Positions 1 through 14,463 of a stretch of DNA of 64,000 nucleotides are shown piece after piece. A model generated the notes under the pieces. It worked only from the letters and a program-made list of their open reading frames with translations. It searched no databases and had not been told where the DNA came from. The position numbers were made by a program, and so were the translations under genes. Source of the DNA: the human T2T-CHM13v2.0 reference genome, Homo sapiens; assembly GCF_009914755.1 (NCBI RefSeq), contig NC_060929.1; one strand, given 5' to 3'. Position 1 is the stretch's first letter. Each line of letters opens with the position of its first letter.

Positions 1-2978
<2,978 letters not shown>

Positions 2979-4070
2979 GATTCTGTAATCCAAAAAACAG
3001 AGAGGAAAGAAAATGAAGAAAAATAAACAGAGCCTAAGAAAAATGCTTACCATTGAACTCATCAATGTATACATAACTGAGTATCATAGGAGAGAAGAGA
3101 GAGAAAAAAGAAAAAAATACTTGAAGAAGAATTGGCTAGAAATGTCCCAAATATAATGAAAAGCATTAATTTACATATTCAAAAAGTTCAATGAAATTCA
3201 AGTAAAATTAACACAAAGAGATCAACACAGACAATTCATAGTAAAATGTAGAAAGCCAAAGACAAGAAGAAAATCTTGAAAGCATCGAGAGAAAAAAATG
3301 ATTTATCACTTACAATGGGACTCCAATAAAATCAGTAGCTGACTTATCACAAAAATGAACTTTTTTCTGAGAGTAACATTTAAAGTGTTCAAAGAAAAAA
3401 AACTATCGACCAAGAATCATAAATCCAGTAAATGTACATTTCAAAAATAAGGCAAAATAAAAAGACATTCTAGAACAATAGAAACAGAGAATTTGTGTTG
3501 TTAGCAGACACAAGACATTGTGTTCTTGCCTTACAAGAAGTACTAAAGGAAGTTTTTCAAGCTGAAAGCAAATTACCCCCAAAGAGTAAGTCAAACACCC
3601 AGAAAAAAAAGTAAATGTAACTACATAGCTGTCAAAGACAGAATAAATGCATATTTCTTCTTCTTTCATCTCCTAACTGATTTTAAAAGCAATTTTCTTC
3701 AACAACATGTATATAGTTGTATTGTTGGGCCTATAATGTGTAGAAATATTATATATTTGCCAATAACAACAAAAAGAAGATAGGACAAAAGCTTAATTGG
3801 ACTAAGGAAATGATACCAGGTAATAACTTAAAACCACAGGAACAAATGAAGAAAACCAAAAGAGGTAAATATGATAATTAATACAACAAATATCATAAAT
3901 ACATACTTGCTTTCCTATCTTCTCTCAGCTTCCTCAAAATACATAAAATTATACAAAGCAAAAATTGTAACAATGTATTGTTGGGTTTGAAACATATAGA
4001 TGCAGTATTTATGACAATGATAGCACAAAAGGGGGAAAATAAAATAGAAGTACATAGAATTAATATTTCT

Positions 4071-4278
4071 TTTTTTATTATTATTATACTTTAAGTTTTA
4101 GGGTACATGTGCACAATGTGCAGGTTAGTTACATATGTATACATGTGCCATGCTGGTGTGCTGCACTCATTAACTCGTCATTTAGCATTAGTTATATCTC
4201 CTAATGCTATCCCTCTCCCCTTCCCCCACCCCACAACAGTCCCCAGAGTGTGATGTTCCCCTTCCTGTGTCCATGTGT
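4071..4278 (-). mobile_element. 5'-truncated L1PA (PA3-like) 3'UTR fragment
   Basis: Reverse complement of the L1 3' end (ttattatactttaagttttagggtacatgtgcac…). TSD TATTTCT at 4064-4070 and 4279-4285. Confidence 0.9.
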
Positions 4279-4404
4279 TATTTCTATATCACACCGGAAT
4301 TAAATTAATGGAAATCTGAAGTCAATTCTGGCAAGTTAAGATATATATGGTAAGCCCTGCAGCAACAAATGAGAAAAAAATTAAAAAATATTTTGAGGAG
4401 AATT

Positions 4405-4700
4405 GGCTGGGGGTGGTAACTCACATCTGTAATTCTAGCACTTTGGAAGGCCAAAGCGGGCAGTTCACTTGAGGTCAGGAGTCCAAGACCAGCCTAGCCA
4501 ACATGGTGACACCTTCATCTCTACTAAAAATAAAAAATTAGCCATGCATGGTGGCACAGGCCTGTAGTCCCAGCTACTCAGGAGGCTGAGGCAGGAAAAT
4601 TGCTTGAACCAAGGAGGCAGAAGTTGCAGTGAGCTGAGATTGCACCACTGCACAACAGCCTGGACAGCAGAGAGATACTCCATCTCAGTAAAAGAAAAAA
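4405..4700 (+). mobile_element. Alu (diverged S/J type)
   Basis: Dimeric Alu with A-rich linker (ctactaaaaataaaaaattagcc) and A tail. Degenerate TSD aaaaaatatt…. Confidence 0.9.
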
Positions 4701-4941
4701 ATATTATGGAAAATTACTAAAGAAATTAAAATGTTACATTTTAAAATATTCACAGAAAGCAGTAAAGGAGGAATGAACAAAAAACACATGAGATATATAG
4801 AAAACAAAAAGTAAAATTGCAAACACAAACCTAGCTTTATCAATGAGAACATTCATGTGCATAGGTTAAATAATCCAATCAGAAAGCAAAGATTAACTGT
4901 ATTAAAAATAGCAAGATCCAACTATGTGCTGTGTCAAAGAT

Positions 4942-5441
4942 TGCTGGGTCCAACCCGCAGACCCTGGCCAAACGACAGATGAACAAATGCACTCAGACAC
5001 AGTTATCCAGTGAACAAGCGGGCTAGGGGACTGGGCCACCCACAGACACTGAGGAGGGTGCTGTAAAGAGTCAGCAGCCACAGCTCTGACCAGCTGGTTC
5101 TATGGGCATTTATTTAGCACAGATTTAATGACAAAGGCTTTGAGTCAACACACTTGTGGATAATTAACATGGTCACCCTCCCTGGAGAGAGCAGTCCTGC
5201 ACATGAATGATAAAAGGTCAGTCTTAGGACAACATGAGTAAACAAGCTATTTAGATAAACTCCTCTACATTCCCTTGTTATTTGCTTTTCACTATTAGCT
5301 CAAGGTAAGAGGATCAGGCTGTCTTCGGCCATAACCCCTTCCTAAAGCTTTTGCAAAACCTTCTGGCCTTCCAAGAAGGTTTGCGTTTTTCCTAAAATTT
5401 TCTCTTATTATTTCTCCCACCACCCTGACTGAACTCCTACA
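4942..5441 (-). mobile_element. Solo LTR22-family LTR (HERV-K HML-5)
   Basis: Minus strand starts TGTAGGAGTTCAGTCAGGGTGGTGGGAGAAA and ends GGCCAGGGTCTGCGGGTTGGACCCAGCA, matching LTR22 termini as I recall them. 500 bp long. 6-bp TSD aaagat (4936-4941) / caagat (5442-5447). Confidence 0.8.
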
Positions 5442-8400
5442 CAAGATGCATACTATGAATTCAAAGATACAAACAGATTAAAAGGATGGAAAAAGATATA
5501 TCATGCAAACAGAAACCATAGCAAAGTTAGAGTGGCTATACTAATATTAGATGAAATAGATTTTAAAACAAAAAAAAAGTTACTAGATACAAAGACAGAT
5601 ATATCATAAAGAGTAAGTCCATCAGGAAGATATAACAACTATAAACAGATATGTACCTAATAACTGAGCACCAAAATACATGAAGCAAAAACTTACAGAA
5701 ATGTAGAGAGAAAGAAGCAATTCAACAGTTCTAGTTGGAGACTTCAATATTTCACTTTAAATAATGTATAGAAAAAAAATCACAGGAGATAAACAAGGAA
5801 ATGAAGACTTCAACAACACTATAAACCAACTGAACCTAACAGACATCTATAGACCATTCCACTCAGTAACAACAGAATATACATTCTTTTCAAGTGCACA
5901 TGGAACATTATCCAAAATAGATCACATGCTAACTCTTAAAACAAATCTTGATAATATTATCCAACCTCAATGGAATAAAATTAGGGAACAATAGTAGAAA
6001 TGCATAAAAATTAAACTACACACTCTTAAATAATGGGTCAGAGAAGAAATCACAAGGGAATTAGATAATACTTTGAGACAAATGAAAATGAAAACACAGA
6101 ATACCAAAATTTATAGGATGCAGCTCTAAAACAGTGCTGAGAGAGAAAATTTCAGTTGCAAATGTCTGTAATTTTCAGTTGCAAATGTATTTATTATTAA
6201 AAAATAATAAAGATTTCAAATCAGTAGCATAACATGCCACCTTAAGACACTGGCCATTGGGGTGCAAACTATAACTCAAATGGCAGAATAATAAAGATTA
6301 TACATAGATAAAAGAAATAGCAATTTTTAAAAAATACCAGCCTATTATATAGCAATTTTTAAAAAATAGAAAATTTTAGCAAAACCAAGAATTGCTTATT
6401 TGAAAAGATCGACTAAACTGATAAATCATTAGCCAGACTGACCAAGAGAGAAGGCTTAAATTACTAAAATCAGGAAGATAATAAAGGACATTATTACCAA
6501 CCTTTCAGATATAAAAATGATTACAAATGAATGCTATGAAAAATGTTTGCCCATAAATTAGATGAAATGGAAAAATTCCTAGAAAGACATAAACTACCAA
6601 AATTGACTCAAGAAAAAATAGATCATCTGAATGGTTCTACAACAAATAAAAAAATTATATTAGTAAACAAAAAACTATCCACAAAGGAAAGCCCAAGCCC
6701 AGGTGACCTCACTGGTGAATTCTGCCAAATAGTTAAAGAATACTAATTATTCACAAAAAATAAAAATGGAGCAAATACTTCCCAGCTCATTCACTGGTCC
6801 TGTAATGACCCAAATCAGACAAAGACATGACAAGAAAACAAAACTACAAGCCAATATCTCTTGAGAACATAGGGGCAAAACTCTTCCACAAAAATCTAGC
6901 AACCAAATGCAGAAACATATAAAAAGGACTATATACCATGACCATATTGGACTTATCCCAGCTAATATTATACTTAATAGTGAAGACTGAATGTTCTTCC
7001 TCTATGATCAGAAATAAGACAAGGATGTCTACTTTACCACTTCTACTCTACATTGTACTAAAGTCAGGACAATTAGGCAAGAAAATAAAATGAATGGCAT
7101 CCAGGTTGGAAAGGAAGAAATAATACTCTATAAGCAGATGACCTGATCTTGTATATAAAAAATCCTAAGTAATCTTCTAAGAATTATTACAGCTAATAAA
7201 CAAGTTCAACTAAGTTGCAGTACAAAATATTAGCATAAAAATGTCTACTGTAATTTTACACATTATTTATAATCAACAAAATTAAGAAAATTCTGTTTAC
7301 AATAGCATCAAAAAGAATTGAATATGTAGGCATAAATTTAATTAAAGAAGTACAAAATTTATACTCTAAAAAGTACAAACTTTTGTTGAAAGAAATTAAA
7401 GAAGATCTAAATAAATAGAAAGACATCCCATACTCATGGACCAGAAGACTTAATATTGTTCAAATGGTTATACTACCCCACTTTATCACAGATGCAATGC
7501 AATCCTGATCAGAATTTTCCAATTGTATCCACAGTAAACATGTATTACAAGGTAGTGTCAAATAATCAATGGAAACAACAACAATAACAACAACAAAAAC
7601 CTTCTCTGGTCAAAGAGATTTGGGAACAATAACCAAAATTAAACAATTTTATTTAATGCAAGACTTTTCAGTAATTTTTAATATGCTCATGAGCACTCTG
7701 GCTTAGCATTTTCTCAGCTTATTTAAATGCAGAAGTGTTTTACGGAAGGACAATGTATTAACATATAAGGGCCATTAGTGTTCTCCAACACACATTGTGG
7801 GAAAATGCTATGCTAAGAGATATTAATTCACTCTGTTGGTCTACCTCCTCTTTTCTCCCTAGGTAATACAGTGAGACAATCAGTTAAAGAGTCAGAAAAT
7901 CAAGCCCGTGTACATAAGCACACATATCTTCATCTTTTAACCCGAAAACTGCATTGAGCATATTTATTTATAATTACCTCTCAACAGCATTACTGAAAAG
8001 CTTTGCACAAACTCCCCATCTGAAGCACACAAGCTCCTTTTTAAACATGGTGCAAAAAGGTGTTCATCAGCTTAGAAAGGACATGTGCAGATACCAGTGA
8101 ATGATGAATGGCCTCTCTTATTAGCTCAAGGTTCACAGCACTTGCAAATTGCCTAACAGCTCCCAAGGAAGTAATTAATACTCCCACAAAAAGGATACAT
8201 CAATGTAATTAGCAAAATTCAGATCTCTACAGGTCAAAGAACCTGGGTAATTCTGTGAATAAAGAGCAAGGGCACAAAAAGAGATTTAAGGGAACATTTA
8301 TATTGAGAAAGACTTCTAAAATACTTTTACTAAATAGGCAAAATTAAATTACAGTGTTCAGAGATACAGGCTTGAGTGAAAAATATTTAAAGGAATGTAA

Positions 8401-10650
8401 GAAAATCATTATCATAAAAAAGATTATCAGAATAGTAGTTGCCTTTATGAAAGAAATACGGGATAGGCAAAGTGGAAAGCTTCTGGAGTTGCGGGCAAAG
8501 CTCTATTTCTTGACCTTCATTATACTTCACCTTTCAACAACTTACCATGCTATGATAATTCTTTATGTTATATGTAATAAATCACGTGCCACATTCATCA
8601 TCTGATAAGTAATATTCTGAATCTATTATCATTTAAAACATTTTTATAAAAGAGTATGCATCAAAGGGTGTGTATCTCCTCATTCCATTTCTGCAGAAAA
8701 CTGGCCTTCTGAAAAGTGGGGTAGACCTCAGCACTCTTTCTCCTGATATTCAACACCTTCCCATGTTAGCACATTAAGGCCCATAATATTTCCAAGTTAA
8801 CCAGAAGACATGTGCCTATATCCTTCTGATGACACTGCTTTCTCTCCTTTGTCATTCATATAAATAGCCAGATAAAGTATGCATGTGGTATGCAACTGTT
8901 TTTTTTTTAAATCATTCTAAATGATTCTTCATGGAAGCCATCAAAATTTAGTACAAGGTTATTCATTTTTTTCAATGCAATAAGACATTCATAATAGGCT
9001 CTTCATGAGTTATGCAATTCAATTTTACCTTGTACAGTAATTAAATTGAATTTCTGACACTGAATAATTAAGTACTCGGATGTAGATGGACAAGTGGTTC
9101 AAAATTTGACTGGAATAATGTAATATATCACAAACAATGAAAAATGTGCTGCAAAATATTAAAAATAAAGATATTTTATTATGGCCAATACAATACAAAT
9201 ATGACTTAATCTAAATATTATCATACATACTTGAAAATTCCTAAATTCAAATACAACTGAATATGGGGCTTGGATCATTTAAGAACCTAAGAGAAATAAA
9301 TAAAATTTGCCGAACTATGAAACACTTAATTTACCTATCTTCTAGCTAATTCTTAGACATATGTGATGTGATTGATTGCCAACATGATTACATATTCACC
9401 ATCCAAATTCAAACTAACTCCTCTATTTTTTCCCGTAAGTGTGCAGAAAAAATTCTGAAAACGTGAAAGTCATTCCTTGGAAACTTTTTAATAATCAGTG
9501 GAACTCTAAAAATGAAAAGTAAATTGAGAAGAGCAAAATACTAAACTTTTAAGTTTACATTATATATTAGCTATAGAAGTTAAACTTTGAGTCATCTGCA
9601 AACAAGAGGCAAAAGACAGACAGCTACATGGGGAGAAAAAGGAAAGAGTTACCTAAAGGAGCATAGTATGGAGCATGGAACACTGTGCTAGTGGATGATC
9701 TAAGCAAGGCACTTTGCTCCAGAATAGGACCACATTGCCTAACTACAGGAGTCCTCCTTCACACTGTAACTGATGTAACTGGTATATTTTGGAAGACACT
9801 GTATATAAATCAAAATGTTAACATATGTTCTCAGAAGCAAAACTAGGGCCATGTCCTGGAAGGCAAATTTGGAGAAGATGACACTGGGTTACTTAGTTTG
9901 GGAAACAGCAGCATAGAAGGTACAGACAGGAGGTTGCAAAAGCAAACTTTCCCCTTTTTGCCTATATCATGAGGTAATATTTGCCTTCCTTTTGCCCCTT
10001 CTTGCCTCCATAAGGGCACTCTTAGATAGGAAAATCTGCCGTTATAGGGTTAGTTCCATAAAGTATTATTGGCTGTTACTCCCAGAAGACCATTTGCAAG
10101 TTCTAAGGTCCAGAGTGTTAAGCAACAAATAAATCTTCACAACTCAATGGTTAACAATCATATATAGAAAAGAAAATGCAACTACACAGACATCTGCTTT
10201 TTGCTTGACAGAGTGGCTTGCAGGAGACCAATGCTTCCATTAAGAACAATTAGAAAAACTGGACAAAATACAAAAAGAAACTCTATTTGAAACAATCAGA
10301 GAGATAATGAATCAACCAGGACTTGAGAGTCTACATTGCAGAAAGAGGAGAAGCAAACTGATATAAACATAATTTTCTTCATGCCACTTTTTCTTTCAGA
10401 GCATTTGCCAATTCTCAGAAACATGCATCAGAATTAGAAAACAAGAAGCAGCAAAGAAGTTATTAGAGTTTTAATTAAATTCGTAGGGATACAGACAAAG
10501 GATTTAAGATTTGGGGCTGCTAAGGAAGCCAGGATGTGAGGAAATAAGGAACACCAGAAAGAAGAAAAACACAGAAAATTATAACCAATGCTGAACACCA
10601 GTTATCACTCAACGTATATGCTGATTAGGCTACATAATACAAAAGGCTAT

Positions 10651-12868
10651 TCAGAAGGTTTGGCTGTGTCTCCCCTCAAATCTCAACCTGAACTGTATCT
10701 CCCAGAACTCCCACATGTTATGGGAGGGACCGGGGGAAGTAACTGAATCATGGGGGCCGGTCTTTCCTGTGCTATTCTCATGATAGTGAATAAGTCTCAC
10801 GAGATCCGTTGGGCTTATCAGGGGTTTCCACTTTTGCTTCTTCCTCATTTTTCTCTTGCCGCCACTATGTAAGAAGTGCTTTTCACCTCCTGCCATGATT
10901 CTGAGGCCTCCCCAGCCATGTAGAACTGTAAATCCAATTAAACCTCTTTTTATTCCCAGTCTCAGGTATGTCTTTATCAGCAGCATGAAAACGGACTAAT
11001 ACAGTAAATTGGTACCAGTAGAGTGGGGTGGAACTGAAAAGATACCTAAAAATGTGGAAGTGACTTTGGAACTGGGTAACAGGCAGAGGTTGGAATCATT
11101 TGGAGGGCTCAGAAGAAGACGGGAAAATGTGGGAAAGTTTGGAACCTCCTAGAGACGTGTTGAATGACTTTGACAAAAATGCTGATAGTGATATGAATAA
11201 TAAGGTCCAAGCACAGGTGGTCTCCGATGGAGATGAGGAACTTGTTGGAAACTGGAACAAAGGTGACTCTTGTTATGTTTTAGCAGAGACTGGCAGCATT
11301 TTGCCCCTGCCCTAGGGATCTGTGGAACTTTGAAGTTGAAAGAGACAATTTAGGGTATCTGGAAGAAGAAATTTCTAAGTAGCAAAGCATTCAAAAGGTG
11401 ACTTGGGTGCTGTTAAAAGCATTCCATTTTAAAAGGGAAACAGAGCATAAAGTTCAGAAAATTTGCAGCCTGACAATGCAGTAGAAAAGAAAAACTCATT
11501 TTTTGAGGAGAAATTCAAGCCAGCTGCAGAAGTTTGAGTAAGTAGCAAGGAGCCTAATATTAATCCCCAAGACCATGGGGAAAATGTCTCCAGGCCATGT
11601 CAGAGACCTTCACAGCAGCCCCTCCCATCACAGGCCTGGAGGCCCAGGAGGAAAAAGTGGTTTCATGGGCCAGGCACAGGGTTCCATGCTGTGTGCAGCC
11701 TAGGGACTTGGTGCTCTGTGTCCCAGCAGCTCCAGCCATGGCTGAAAGGGGCCAACATAGAGCTCAGGCTGTGGCCTCAGAGGGTGAAAGCCCCAAGTCT
11801 TGGCAGCTTCCACATGGTATTGAGCCTGCAGGTGCACAGAAGTCAAGAATTGAGGTTTGGGAACCCCTTCCTAGATGTCAGAAGGTGTATGGAAATGCCT
11901 CGATGCCCAGGCAAAAGTTTGCTGCAGGGGCAGGGCCCTCATGGAAAACTTCTGCTAGGGCACTGCAGAAAGGAAATGTGAGGTTGGAGCCACCACACAG
12001 AGTCCCTACTGGTGCACTACCTAATGGAGCTGTGAGAAGAAGGCCACCATCCTCCAGACCCCAGAATGGTGGATCAACCAACAGCTTGCACCTTGTGCCT
12101 GGAAAAGCCACAGACACTCAAGGCCAGCCCATGAAAGCAGCCATGAGGGAGAACGTACCCTGCAAAGCCACAGGGGTGGAGCTGCCCAAGACCATGGGGA
12201 ACCCACCTCGTGCATCAGCATGACCCAGATGTGAGATCTGGGTCTCACAGGAGATTATTTTGGAGCTTTAAAATTTGACTGCCCCGCTGGATTTCGGACT
12301 TGCATGGGCCCTGTAACTCCTTTCTTTTGGCCAATTTCTCCTATTCAGAATGGCTGTATTTACCCAATACCTGTACCCTTATTGTATCTAGGAAGTAACT
12401 AGCTTGCTTTTGACTTTACAGGCTTATAGGCAGAAGGGACATTCCTTGTCTTGGATGAGACTTTGGACTGTGGACTTTTGGGTTAATGCCGAAATGAGTT
12501 AACACTTTTCACTGTTAGGAAGGCATGATTGGTTTTGCAATGTGAGTACATGAGATTTGGATTCCCACATATTGTGGGAGGGACCCAGGGGAATTAATTG
12601 AGTCATGGGGGCTGGTCTTTCCTGTGCTATTCTCATGACAATAAGAATTGTGAGAATAAGTCTCACAAGATCTGATGGGTTTATTAGGGGTTTCTGCTTT
12701 TGCTTCTTCCTCATTTTTCTCTTCCTGCTGCCAGGTAAGAAGTGCCTTTCACCTCCCGCCATGATCCTGAGGCATCCCCAGCCATGTGAAACTTTAAGTC
12801 CAATTAAACCTCTTTTTGTTCCCAGTTTCAGTACATCTTTATCAGCAGCATGAAAACTTACTAATGTG
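10651..12868 (+). mobile_element. THE1A MaLR retrotransposon (5' LTR 10651-11003, internal 11004-~12560, 5'-truncated 3' LTR ~12561-12868)
   Basis: LTR 'ggtttggctgtgtc…ggactaataca'. Internal region begins gtaaattggtaccagtagagtgggg. A second LTR copy follows. 5-bp TSD GCTAT at 10646-10650 and 12869-12873. Confidence 0.92.
11597..12223 (+). pseudogene. Residual open frame of the THE1 internal region (208 aa)
   Basis: ATG-initiated ORF entirely inside THE1A-int. MaLR internal sequences carry a decayed ORF. No evidence of expression. Confidence 0.5.
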
Positions 12869-14119
12869 GCTATCAACCAGAACGAATAAACAGCTAAAAA
12901 CTACGATGGAGGTTTTGACATTCTCAGGGTATTGGAGATAAAAAATTGCAGTTCAGGGCTTATTGAGGAAAAGATGCCTGGAAAATACCTTAGGCTCTTA
13001 GTTGGAATATTGAAGGGCTTCATCCTAGGAGTCAAAGAAGAAAAAGGAATTTCATACAAAAATTGCAAAAAAAAAATATTAAGTTGGCTCAAGTTCTCAT
13101 TGAGTTAAGATAATCTATCCCTCTGCTACCAGCAGAAGTTGGAAGAATCTTCTCAGTGCGATAAAAAAAAAAATCACCCAGAGCCTCTAAAATTCAAGAA
13201 GCAAGACTAAGAAAAAAAACTGAAAATAGAACTAGATACACAGTTGACCCAAATATTGAAGTTATTTGCCATTGACTTTAAGATAATTGTGATTATTAAT
13301 GTATTCAAAAAAATAAATGACATGATAGTTTCAAATGGAAATTGCAGAGCAGAAAAATATAATAACTAAAATTTTAAAAATCAATAACAAGTTTAACAGA
13401 AGACAGAACTGAAGAGACTTTGCAATCTCGAAGATAGGTCAGTAGAAAATATAAAAACTGAAGCATAAAATTTAAAACTGATAAAAAATCAAGCATGAAA
13501 GACATATGGAACATAATACAAACTTTTAAATCTCATAAACTGGAATCTAGATGGGAGAAAGAGAGAGAATGCTGCAAAAGCATGTATGAAGAGACACAGG
13601 CTGTTATTTTTCCTAAACTGCTAATAGATGTCAAGTTACAGATTGAAGAATCAGTATGATCTCACACATAAGATCATATAACAACAACAACAAAATGCAC
13701 TTAGCAACATCATAATAAAACTACTGAATACCAGAAATAGTCAATATTCAAATCAGCCACTGAATAAAAGACATATTTTCTTCAATAGAAATGATGGCAG
13801 CTACAGGATAGTGGCATGATTTCTCTACAGTACTGAAAGAGAATAAACTGCCACAATAATATCCTTTAAAAGGGAAGCCAAAATAAAGACATTTCTTGAC
13901 AGAAAAAAAGAGAATTTGTCAAGATAAGTGTATAAATGCACTTTAAAAATACTGAAGGGACTTTTTTCAGCAGAAGAATAACAGAAAATGGTCCTGATCC
14001 AATATAAAATGTTAAATTATAGAAAAGACAAACATAAGAGGCAAAAATATGCATAAATCTTAGTGAATACTGATCATACAAAATAGTAATAATTTTGGTG
14101 ATAATTAAAGTACATATAA

Positions 14120-14463
<344 letters not shown>

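Larger units (their letters stand above)
2980..7520 (+). mobile_element. Old degenerate L1M element (ORF1 remnant to mid-ORF2) hosting nested insertions
   Basis: Decayed ORF2-like peptides (5764-5994 'NLTDIYRPFHSVTTEYTFFSSAHGTLSKIDHML'; 6543-6746 'LDEMEKFLERHKLPKLTQE'). A-rich ORF1-like sequence at 3000-3600. Boundaries approximate. Confidence 0.8.

Noticed and set aside
7845-7870. Plus-strand acceptor-like ctcctcttttctccctag
   Set aside because: Followed immediately by gtaata, with no convincing exon body, ORF or partner donor.
13656-13679. Short inverted repeats (tatgatct…agatcata; also tcagtctc…gagactga near 43823-43845)
   Set aside because: 8-bp arms are expected by chance in AT-rich DNA of this length.
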